DNA of 64,000 nt from Tricharina praecox (Eukaryota): contig NW_026250452.1 in NCBI RefSeq assembly GCF_024521635.1, positions 1 to 64,000 of the forward strand. The letters run 5' to 3'. A model generated the notes under the pieces. The model searched no databases. It worked only from the letters and a program-made list of their open reading frames with translations, and was not told where the DNA came from. Position 1 is the first letter of the stretch. Every line of letters starts with the position of its first letter. The position numbers and the translations under genes are program-made. Of this stretch, positions 27,099 to 38,451 are shown in pieces.

Positions 27099-28548
27099 AC
27101 ATATACGGTGAAGAACGTGGTGGAGAAAATAATGAAGATGTCTCGAACGGCGGCAACGAAAACAATGCAGAATAGAAGGATAAGGAAGAGGTGGATTCGG
27201 AGGGTGAGAATAAGGGCGGTGACCGTGTCACAGTTGAGTTTGTGTTTTCACTTCTTTCAATTTTATCGCAGATAACTGCATCCAGATTACTGAATGACTT
27301 GTACCCTTTCAAACTCGTTCTGAACGAATACCTAGTATGCATCGTAGGCGCATACGCAGCCAGTGTTTTAGTTACTACACTCCAGCCAACTTTTTCCTGA
27401 CGCATCGACGGAACCGTAATACAGTCATCTAGTACGTCTGCAGTTGTGTGCTGGACGGTCCACTCTATTTGTCAGTTTGGATGGTACGGATTGCAGTCGA
27501 CTGCCAACACGTGTACATGTATATCGGAAGAACCATAAGGTGACACGATTAATAGTATGACAGTAAGCTCAGGCCTCCATATGGACTACATAGAAAGCAA
27601 TTGCAGTGGACCTAGCGCATCGCTTTACGGGCGATCGAGCTATGAGCGGATGACAACGCAAATCTCGACGGCAGTGACACGCCACAGTAACAAAACTACA
27701 GCATTTAATTCTACGCACAGCGTAGGGTTTTACCCGCAGGTTTTCGCTGCCCACGCTTGCCCTCTCTCCCACTCCCTTCTATATAAACCACCATCAACAC
27801 ACTCCCTTCTATATAAACCACCATCAACATCCTCTCTCTCTCCCTTCTTACTACACCATCAACACCTTCCTATCTATCCTTCCACTTCTACCTACTCCAC
27901 CATCACCTTCGTCCCTCTCCTTTCATTCTCTACCTACTCCAACATCCGCTTCCTCTTTCTACCACTTCCTACCGATTACCCCAACGTCTACTAGACGATA
28001 ACCTTCCATACCTTGGCAATGTCCCCCTGGCCTGCGAGCCCCATCCACACACCTCGGCGACGTCAGCAACTATCAATCGACAGTCAACGGCCTCCTGACT
28101 TGGTGGCCTCGCAATTTCGCCTTGGCCTGCAGGCCCCGGTGACCGCACTGCTGCGGTGTTTAGACAGGTGCGTCACTTCCCGGCGATCACAACTCATGCG
28201 AGTGATAACCACTGACTCCCTCCATAGCCCCATCGCCATCCGATATCCCATCGACCACTCGGAACGAACGAACGATGAACCATAGTCGAGGTGGCGGCGA
28301 AGACCATTGCCGCTCCGCCCGCAGTTCAGGAATACCTGCACTTCCGGGCCACCCCTCCCCTCGCACCACCAGAGTGCACTGCGCCCTACGCAGGCTGTGA
28401 CCGACCTCCACTGGAGTGTTCGGTCGCAGCGAGGGGGAAGGCGGGCTGCACCTACCGGTTAAGTGTACGCGTAGCTACATAAGCACCACGGTGCTTGTGC
28501 AACTGAGCGTACACCTACCTAGTGCAGCCCACGTGCCCTTTGCACCGC

Positions 28549-28934
28549 GGTCCCAAGGGTGTAGATGATGTCTCAATTGCGATTGCGGGTGTGGAGCAAC
28601 TCCATCCATTCTACACTCCCCCCCTTCTCCAGCTCCGTCACGAGCTGGAGAAGTATCCCAACGTGGAGGAGACTATTTGGACTCAGGATGAGCCCCTGAA
28701 CCCCGGTGCTTGGGCTTACGTCTAACCCGGCATGGAGACCATCATCAGATAGTCTTCAAAACATTCGGACAAGCACATCCGAACCCGGTGCGCTGGTCGT
28801 GCGCCTAGCGCATCGACTGCTACCGGGCCCGGTATCAAATCAGGCCACGTCATGGAGGACAGGGAGGAGGGGGAGCAGCTGCAATGACGACAAGCTCTCG
28901 GGCTGTCGCCATTAGAATATGTGCTCGAGAATTG
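28549..28934 (+). pseudogene. KGD1: Captured 3' fragment of 2-oxoglutarate dehydrogenase E1
   Basis: IAGVEQLHPF...LRHELEKYPNVEETIWTQDEPLNPGAWAYV*...AGRAPSASTATG matches the OGDH E1 C-terminus (EQLHPFP, EEPLNAGAW, YAGRAPSAS motifs); contains a stop and frameshifts. Confidence 0.85.
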
Positions 28935-30784
28935 ATGAGCTTTGTTTCCGATTGCTGGAGGGGTGTAAGGAGGGGTGATGTTGGGTTGTTTTTGGTTTGT
29001 CTTTACATCTATTTTTGTATTTCGCTTTACATGTATGTATTTTCGTCTTTCGTTTTGCATGAATGATGAGTTTTCCATCGTTTCTATCTTTTCCCTGGCT
29101 TTCTTCTTATTCGGCTACGGTGGCTATGTATGATTCTTACATGCGGCTTGTAAAAGAGTGGGGTAGCTCATACGTGTGACGCAGCCAGACTATTTCTCCA
29201 TAGGTAGTAGTCTTGAGAGCTTTGAAGTCAGGAGCAAACTGTGTCGAAACGCGTTAGGAGAGCTCGGTAAGGTTGAAATCACTGGATGCCTGTATTGGCT
29301 GGACCTCCTTGAGCACATCCCGTCGCTCGGTGTAGGCACAGACAACAGTCTTCTGTGTTCAAAAAAGAGTTTAAAAAGCACAATCATCGTTCTCGTGTTA
29401 CTATGGCGTACAACCAACTGCAAATGCCAACTCTCCCGCGTCGTGTTCAATCATTACAATATATCGCATGATCCCACATATCCGCATACTGTATTAACCC
29501 GAAATTCCCAATACGAACAGAAACATTCGAATCCTCACCACCTCTCACCACCTCTCACCACCTCTCGCACGATCACCGCCCAGAGGGAGCAAGCAACACC
29601 TCCAGCGGATCGATCCCGCCCACATCGACGCCCATAGTCCCCTGAGGCCGAGGTGGACGTCGTCAACAGCGGCAGAACGCAGACACGTGCAGACGGACTC
29701 AACGTGTTCGAGGCAGCGTTCGACTGCAGTCGACTGTTAACAAGTGTACACGTAAATCCTAAGAACTATAAAGTGACATGAATCACAAGAAACAAAAGCG
29801 CAGGCTTCCAATATAAGGGCAAATAAGTCGGACTAAGCAGAACGCAAGTGCCATGGATCTGAAGCATCGCTTCACGGGTGATCCAGCGATGTGCGCTTGA
29901 CAACGCAAGGCTCGACGGCAGTGGCAAGCAAGAGTAACGACGCTACGGCAATTTGATTCTACGCACAGCATAGGGTTTTAACCACAAACCTTTGCCGCCC
30001 ACGCTTGCCCTCTCTCCCACTCCGTCCTTTATAAACCACCATCAACATCCTCTCTCTCTCCCTTCTTACTACATCATCATCACCTTCCTATCTATCTCTT
30101 CACTTTCTACCTACTCCCCATCACCATTGTCTCCCTCCTTTCACTTTGTGCCTACTCGATCATACTTTCACAATGTCACCCTGGACTGCGGGCCCCATCC
30201 GCATACCACGGCAACATCAGCAACTCCAAATCGACAGTCAACGGCCTCCTCTCTCACCGTACGACATTCAACTAGCTACGGAAATGGTAACGACCTCGCT
30301 TTGGTTGAACCTGCCAGAGGCTGTGGGGGTGACGTACGTATTGTCCTCGCAATTGCGCCCTGGCCTGCGGGCCCCGGTGACCGCACTGCTGCGGTGTTTA
30401 AACAGGTTCGTCACTTCCCGGCGGTCACACCCCATGCGAGTGATAACCACTGACTCCCTCCATAGGCGCATCGCTATCCGATATCCCATCGACCACTCGG
30501 AACGAACGAACGATGAACCATCGGCAACAGCCCGTCCTACCCGTTGCGATCGAGGCAGCTGCGATCAAAATCGCCGCCCCAGGCCACCCATCCCCTCGCA
30601 CAAATAGAGTGCTCTGCGCCGTGCGCAGGCTGCGACCGACCTTCACTGGAGTATTCGGTCGCAGCGAGGGGGGAGGCAGGCTGCACCTGCCAATCAGGTG
30701 TACACGTAGCTACATAATCACCACGGTGCTTGTGTAACTGGGCGTACACTTAACCGGTGCAGCCCGCCTGCCCTTGACACCACG

Positions 30785-31173
30785 GTGCCAAGGGTGTGGA
30801 TAATGTCGCAATTGCGACCGCGGGTGTGCAGCAACTCCACCCATTCCAACCTTCCCCCCCGCTTCTCCAGCTCCGTCACGAGCTGGAGAAGTATCCCAAC
30901 GTGGAGGAGACTGTCTGGACTCAGGATGAGCCCCTCAACGCCGGTGCTTGGGCTTTTGTCCAACCCGGCATGGAGACAATCCTCAGACAGTCTTCAAAAC
31001 ACTCGGACAAGCAAATCTGGACCCTGGTGCGCTGGTCGTGCGCCTAGCGCATCAACTGCTACTGGGACCCGGTATCAAGTCGGGCTACTTCGGGGGAGCA
31101 GGACGAGGGGGAGGAGCCGTTATGGCGACAAGCTCTCGGGCTGTCGCCATCAGAATAGGTGCTCAACAATTGA
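30785..31173 (+). pseudogene. KGD1: Captured KGD1 3' fragment, copy 2
   Basis: VEQLHPF-like...ELEKYPNVEETVWTQDEPLNAGAWAFVQPGMETILRQSSKH, frameshift, then AGRAPSASTATG. Confidence 0.85.
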
Positions 31174-31250
31174 TGAGCTTTGTTTCCGATTGCTGGAGGG
31201 GTGTAAGGAGGGGTGATGTTGGATGGTTATTGTCTTTCGCTTTACATGTA

Positions 31251-31878
31251 CTAGTAAACATCCGTGTGGCGACCACGGTGTGTAGTCGTTTGGCCAGCGT
31301 CACTTAATGTAAAGGCATAGGTATGTACGTTGCGGTCGAGGCGTATTTGTGGGAGACACGATGTAGATGCCTTGTAGTATTTGCCGTGTGTTAAGCGTCG
31401 CGCTCTCTACCACCATTACACTCTTTGAATCGTACTCCAGGTCTCCAGAAAGCAAACGCAATGACGGAAAGTGATTGACTGTAGGTTCCGCAGTACGCTC
31501 GCTAGAGTGAGCTCGAGCAGGTACAGTCGGTTCAATCTGTGGATCTAGCGGCATCGTAACTTCCGCGGCATCATTCGAAATACGATCTTGCAACATAGGC
31601 TCAGTATCTGCCTCTGTTGCACTGCTATCCTGATAAATTCCATTCTATTAGAGTCCCCGAAGATCTACAAATCTAGCAATGTAACGGCAGCGCATTCGCT
31701 CTGCAGTATCGTCCCTAAAGCTCCTCCATGGCTCTGCTCCAAAATATCAGGGCTGGGCAGTCGCTTCGCTCCAAAATCCGACGGTCGGAAACTTAGGGTT
31801 GAACCACGGAAATCGCCACCGTGAAACGCCACACTAGCCACCGCAAAATGCCGCACCACTGCCCTTTATAGGAATAGA
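31251..31878 (-). mobile_element. Non-autonomous Helitron (628 bp)
   Basis: On the minus strand it starts TC, ends CTAG, and sits between A and T with no TSD. Subterminal hairpin CCGTG-N7-CACGG (31262-31278) lies 7 nt from CTAG. Removal restores TTTACATGTATG..., matching the empty paralog at 29021-29070. Confidence 0.85.
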
Positions 31879-32950
31879 TGATTTGTTTTGTCTTCAGTTT
31901 TGCATGAATGATGACTTTTCCATCTTTTCCATCTTTTCCCGGGCCTTTTTCTTATTCGGCTGCCATGGCTATAGTTTTAGCATGAGGGTTGGAAAAGAGT
32001 GAGTGGAGGGGACGATGGAAAGCACGAGCTGTCTGTCTACTTTGAGACGGAAGCTGTTTGTTTGTGCACCAGTATGCATCTTCCCATTCATAAGTTACCC
32101 ATTTACTATTTACCATTATGACTAATAATCTGCTATTTCGGTTCGTATTATGTAGTGTCCGTTCGGCCAGACCGATGGCAACACAAATGTCGTTAACTCT
32201 TGAGAAAGAGATGCGTAGCCCCTCCCAAGCCTTGCTGACCATCGACCAACGAATTTGCGACTCTACTCCATCGCATTTGCTATGGTCCCTGACCGTGGCC
32301 GGCCGAATTGAATCTTTGACGCTCCCCGCTCCGGAATTAATTCTCAAACTATATATCGGCCCTAGTCGGCCCAATCCACAGGTTCTGGGTAATTCATCCA
32401 GGCCAGTCCCGCAATCAACGAGTCTACGAGACGAGCTACACGATTAGCAGCGAACCTATGATTCACTCTACCACCACTCTGGCGCCGCCTCAACAGCGGG
32501 TTGAGGTTGGGGCCTCGACCTGTCGGCGGTTGCCAACGAGGCAAGGGCGATCTTACTGTGGCAGCATGCAGGACAAAGTTGCTCGGCGGTGTGGTACGGC
32601 AAGTTGATCCGTAACAAGGTAAGCTAGTGGGCGGAGTGCATCTGGATGTGTTCTTGTTGCAACCTAGAGCTTCTGAAGGCGACTGGGCGCGGGGATTAAA
32701 ATCTACAGTGCTATACGTAGTAGCCCGGGAACAGGTGCGGGTGGCCGCTTTTGAGTATAGAGGCAAAACAATGAGGCGAGATGAATCGCATGAGAAAAAG
32801 TGCCGTCCAGAGATATGGTTGCCCTGATGGCGTAGAGTTATCCCACCAATGTACAGTTATGGGTAGACTGCACGGATGTCGTATGGGTGAAACTGCACCG
32901 ATCTCATCCAGCCTGTCTGATTACGTAGAACATACGTGTACGCTGGTTCT

Positions 32951-33210
32951 AGAGAAAGAGAATTCTTCATTTTATTTCGCATGCAGCCTACCTATCTAGA
33001 CCCAGTGTTCTCTATCGTCCGGTCCGTCCGCCCTGGGCCTCGGACGAAGACGGACCGCGTGCCTGCCGTCCGTCCGAGCCTCGGACATGACGAAGAAATC
33101 TTGCAACTGTCCGTCCCAGGCTCGGACTGTCCGCCGTTTTGGCCATCCGTCTCGTCCGGACGGCCGTCCGGACCGGACGATGGAGAACAGTGTCTAGACC
33201 ATGGCGAAAA
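32951..33210 (-). mobile_element. LINE 3'-end fragment interrupted by a MITE (5' extent uncertain)
   Basis: AGAGAAAGAG...TTTTAT.TCGCATGCAGCCTA...TCTAGACCATGGCGA matches 26180-26232. Confidence 0.6.
33003..33192. mobile_element. hAT-type MITE (190 bp)
   Basis: 24-bp TIRs CAGTGTTCTCTATCGTCCGGTCCG / CGGACCGGACGATGGAGAACAGTG (2 mismatches). 8-bp TSD TCTAGACC at 32995-33002 and 33193-33200. Empty site at ~26210-26232. Confidence 0.9.
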
Positions 33211-35879
33211 CGTAGCACCCTGGTTCTCCCGCAGCGCTGCACGAGTCCTCACTCGCGGTACAAGTGGCAACTCAAGCGCTGATGGCAGCGAAAATCCACG
33301 GTAGAGAGGGAAGCGTCCCGTCGTGGGCCAGTGGAAGCCCCATCAGGTCGCTCGATGCAAGCCGGGTTGGGCAGTGGCGTGGAGTCGGGGTGGGGGAACG
33401 GGGTGATATTGCCATGATCTCTACTCAGGGTTCATGCGAGAACAACTGACAATGTCTCTGTCTCTCGACAGGCCACAGAAACACCGCTACGACAACTCAG
33501 TGCCAAGAATAGCGTGACTTTGTAGCCGCAGAGGGTCTCCTCCACCCAATGCTTGCTCTGTATCCCTCTTCTTCCTGCCACGGGAGCCGATGGGTAGAGC
33601 AGCACGTAGCATGCTTCGAGTGTGCCAGAGAGCGGTCACCTGTCTGGGCAACGGTGAGTCTCGACAGAGGCCAGTGTCTGATAGTATGGGGCGGGGCGCC
33701 AAGATTGCTGGACATGACTGAGACTCGATAAGTCACGAGCGGACCTGGGCAGACATGTGTGCACTTCTCTACTTCCGCAGAAGGACTTTCACGGACATGC
33801 TTCGAACAATTGTGTTTGTTGTGATTGTTTTTGTTTGTGGACATCGTCGTCGACAGACCTCATGCGGTCGGCCATATTTTGTGTTTTCGCCGCCCACCCA
33901 TATATGCGGGGTAGCCGTTCTCATCTCTTTTCGACTTCTGTCTCGCTACTTTACGTTTTCATATTTTTTCTTGTGTTGCTTCTGTTTTCTACAATTGACA
34001 AATCTCATTCTCTCAATCATAACCCCCATCCGTGGGCCCTTACCACTCCATCATCAACTTTCTTTTTCTACATCCCCCTTCTCAGTACGGCTCTACTCCA
34101 CATCTACGTCGCCGCCTCACCCCTTCGCAAAAACACTCTTTCCATAGTTGCAAATTCACACATCGATCCGCTATCACCCCTGCTTTAGACGACCCCTCGT
34201 TCTTAACAGTCCTCCTCCATACCACGTCACCTTCATCCCGAACTATCCGCTCAACTTCCTCACTCTCCCCCGACCCACGCCTATTCCAGCCATCAATCGT
34301 ACGATACCCATTCACCTCACGAAACGTCGCAACTATAAGCCATATAACCCCACCACCAACAGCCTCGAACGAACTCATACCCCCCTCCCCGCCTCCCCGA
34401 CATACACCCCCAACGTCGTCCCGGCTACCTCAACACCCACCTGCCCATCGTGGTTGTCGCGAAATCGTCGTCCCTTACGTCAGCATCCCCTACTTCTGGA
34501 GAAGTTGGATTTATTGGGCCTGGAACTGAGTTCAGAGGAGGAAAAGACACGATGGAGGACGAGGGGGACGACGAGGACTATATCGCCCACGGGAAATCTC
34601 AGCAGCTTGATTCCCGTCATTTCTCCTCATAACCTGACAGACGACGAGTATCCCGGCACGGAGAACCCTCATCAAGCCACAACAGCCTCGCAAGACGGGT
34701 CTCTATTCCAGTACGGCCATGGAATACGAGTCAGTCTCCCACGATTCAAGACCACAAAGAAGAAAGCCTCTACTCATGGGAAGAAGGAAAAGACGAGGAT
34801 AACGACGATGGGCAAGAAAGAGGAGGAGGCAGACAAGGCGACGAGGGTAGAGAGGAAGGGGAAGATGAACAGCAGAACGAGGGGGAAGCGGCGGTGCTTC
34901 AGAGCTGAAGGTATTTTTATTGTTCTTGTCTACTTGTGTTTTGAAGAAGCCTTCCAAACACAGATGGGCGCTAAGTTTGACGCGGAGAATCAGATCTTGT
35001 TTCTGCTTTCAATTGTATGGCAGATGACCGCATCGTTAATGACTTTGTATTTTCTCTAACCTGCCGGGAAAAAGTAGTATGAGGGCCGAATACGTGGACT
35101 ACGATGTAGACGAGGAGGAAGATGTGGAGGATGAGGAAGGGGACAGATTTAGAGCTGAAGGAGTTGTTATTGTTTTTGCTTTCAACTATATCGTAATTAA
35201 CGGCATCCTCAATGACCTTTTATCCTTTTCAGTAGTCGTCGTGGGAGAAGATTGATAGTATGCTCGTTGGCTGCTAGTGTTCTACATATTCCAGTCCATT
35301 ATTATCTGACCCGAATGTTTTACCCGCAGGCGTGCTTCTCACTCTTCCTGACTTTCTCCCCCGCATTCCTACCCTGTCAGAAAATTCGTGTTTCTACCTC
35401 CCGCTCGTGCTGAGTTCTTAGTACTTCCCCAAAACCTCCTCCCTTTCCGTCCCAGGGAGGCGCTGCAGTCGACTACAGTCAACTACGAATAGTGGTCTCA
35501 GTTCACGAGCGAGACAAAAAGAGTGCAATTAATGATTAAACAAAAAAAAAAAAAAAAAAAGCGAAGATCCACAGTGGCGTCGCTGCGACGACTCAATTGA
35601 AAGTACTGCGCGGGACATAACCCGCAAGGATTCCCCTCCACCCCTACATCCCCCCAATTCTCCCCTCTTCCTAATCCACTATCAACATCTTCCTTCTTCC
35701 GCCACATTCTTCGTACTCAACCATCAACTGGACGATAACCTCCCACCGCGTAACGCAACTAAAAACCATTCAAACCAATCATCTTCACCTACAAACCTAC
35801 AACCCACCAGACAACGTTTGGCCGCTACAATACCCCACCTGCAACCCGAAATATCCCGACCCCAGGACAACTTGGATGC

Positions 35880-36770
35880 CTAGTGCCCGGTCCTAGTTCC
35901 ACCGCCACATCTTGGCCTTCCTGGCCGCTCTCGGCGCCATTTGGGCGATCGAGCACCAGCGAAACTCCGCCGACATTGCAGCGGCTGCCCCAACTTCTGA
36001 TCTGTGGCCACAGCGCCATCGACGATCCGGACGCATCGATCGTATTCGACGAAACGATCCAGCGCCTCGACCAGCCGGAGTTCGACGACATCCGTGACGA
36101 CATCATCGTGATCTATCTCGGACAGTCGAACCAGCTCCTGGACCCCGCCCAGTGATGCCGGGATCAACGCGCCACCACGGTGGCGAAGAAGAGATCGAGG
36201 AGACCGATGATGAAGACGAGGAGGAGGAAGCCTCCACCGAATTTTCGGAGGTCGACTTTGAAGAGGAGGCATCCTCCGAGTAACACTCCTCCCCCGAAGA
36301 CTCGGAGGAGGAAGAAGACAAAGAAGCCGATGTCGGTGAGGAGGACGAAGAGGGCGAAGATGAAGAGGTCCTAAGAGGTGCTCATAACGAAGGACCTTCG
36401 CGATACGATCGCATAATGCGTGCGCTGGGCCCACCGCCGGCAAACTCTCACATCTATCCGCCATCACCGATAGTCGATTACCTACCGTTTTCTCCGATGG
36501 CGACGGCATCGAGAGAACTGACTCCGATCCGACGAGGAGGTCAACAGACGTCCCACGCGAGCTCGAATGACCAGTACGGCAGAGGTCCTCATGCCGATTT
36601 CGACGACAATCGTGAAGCACGTATCGAAGGGTAAGCAATTCTTGTGTTCGATGAGGTCGGATGTTTACTGACGTTTAAAAGTTCTTTTCCAAGACCATTC
36701 AATCAGCTCCTCGTACGGCGACAACGAAAACGGTGCTGAGGAGGAGGACGAGGAAGGGGGGGGGGGGCGG
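35880..36770 (+). pseudogene. Disrupted acidic-protein coding segment with an intron remnant
   Basis: Reads GGEEEIEETDDEDEEEEASTEFSEVDFEEEASSE*HSSPEDSEEEED... then GTAAGC...TACTGAC...AAG near 36631-36681. The same acidic module recurs at 39540, 40020, 40190 and 41820. Confidence 0.5.
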
Positions 36771-37334
36771 AGGAGGGTGTGCAGGTTACGGTCGGATCTG
36801 TTTTTTTCTTTCAATTGTATCGCAGATAACTGCATCCTCAATGACTTTGTAACCTTTCGGGCTCGCTGTGACCCAATATGTATAGTAGGCTCGTGGCCAG
36901 CCAGTGTTCTAGATAGTACAGTACAGCCTAGTCTTTCCCTGCCCTTTCGCGGGACTGTATTTTAGTCATCCGATTCTTCTGCAGGTGTATTCAGGACGAT
37001 CTGCCCCTCCGGGAACGTTGAAGGAAACGGAGTGCTGTCGACTGCAGTCGAATTCCAACAGTGGTACCCATACAACGGAAAAACTGTAAATCTGGCGTTC
37101 GGCGATGAGTTCCACCGCACGACGGCTGACCGAGCGCCGGACGACTAAGACGCTGCCGGGCTATTAACACGCCGCCGAGGACATCACGGTCGGCTGAGAA
37201 TCTGGAGCTTTGCATATAGAGAAGTCTCGCTGTTCTTTATGTTATACGGTATCTATAATATCATCCATTCAACAAAAACAATAGAGCGACATGACGACAG
37301 GAGAAAACGCTCCCTCCAGAAAAATGACTGCCAT

Positions 37335-37580
37335 TGTTGAATATAAAAGGTAGATAAACATGTTGATAATATTCGATACCGCAGCAACACCGCGAGCAGC
37401 AAGCTCTCTCTATATACAAGCTACATAGACTACCTAGGAAATTTCTGCATCGATCCCTTCAGGATGTCGGTGTTCCGTCGCCCGTCACCCGTCGCCCGAG
37501 CTCGGATACTCCACTAGAGTATACTAGGGACATTGTCATCTCCGGACGTCCCATAATCTGACAGCCTTCTGGAGTATCCC
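37335..37580. repeat. Dispersed repeat, copy 2 (homologous to 8395-8640)
   Basis: Direct sequence similarity. Confidence 0.75.
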
Positions 37581-38299
37581 CCGATTCTACTGAGGTCAGT
37601 GGAATCGGAGCGAGCTCGTACAGCCTGCCCGGACTTTGTAAAACCCTGTTTCTGCCGCATCGCTTCACGGATCCTCACTGGCGTCGCAGGTGGCAACTCA
37701 TGTTGGAATTGAGAGAATAACTTGACTTGATTGATGTGTTGTTACAAGAAAGAAGAGAAGGAAGACTGCATATAAGGGAAACGAGCTCGGGTAGACGACG
37801 AGTAGACCGGGTTTCAAACAGAGGATGCGACGATAGTCGTCGCCGGAATGGGCTGGTGGCTTGAAGGCTTTCAGCTGACGAGGCTGATTCTAATGAGAAG
37901 CCAAAGACAATGCTAAGCAACCACGAAGAAAACGAGGACAGTATGCAAAGGACAGTGGAAAGTAGCAGTGACACCGGAACAGGTAATAAGACGCATAATA
38001 TCAACAACTCATGTTGAGAATACGAGTGTGTGATTGATATTTTTCAGTTGCTCGATTCACTCGCAGAACACAGCGAATGACCAGCTCGAAATACCCGAGA
38101 GTAAAGCAGAAGAAGAAGCAAGTATGAGAATAAACAGGTTGCTCGAGGCGCACTCGAGGAGGCGCAAAACCTGGCGCATATGACCAATATGACAAGTGTG
38201 CAATATCTTGGACGAGTGACCACGGTGGCTTTTCAGCCGAGTCGTATCAACTCATGCCTCGACGGTAGGGAAAACCCAACGGATGACGCTACGGTGATT

Positions 38300-38451
38300 C
38301 GATTGAAAGTGCCGCGTAGGGCTTAACCCGTAGGGTCTCGCGTTTCCTTCGTCCTCTATCTTTCTCCGCTTCTTCCGATTGAAAGTGCCGCGTAGGGCTT
38401 AACCCGTAGGGTCTCGCGTTTCCTTCGTCCTCTATCTTTCTTCGCTTCTTC
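38300..38451 (+). repeat. Near-perfect 76-bp tandem duplication within a promoter-like block
   Basis: CGATTGAAAGTGCCGCGTAGGGCTTAACCC...CGCTTCTTC twice, one mismatch. Confidence 0.9.

Noticed and set aside
34148..35059. 303-aa ORF as a gene
   Set aside because: TTG start; reads the acidic module out of frame and continues into the shared 3' block
35542..35560. Poly(A) run as a retroposon tail
   Set aside because: No TSD or recognisable element upstream
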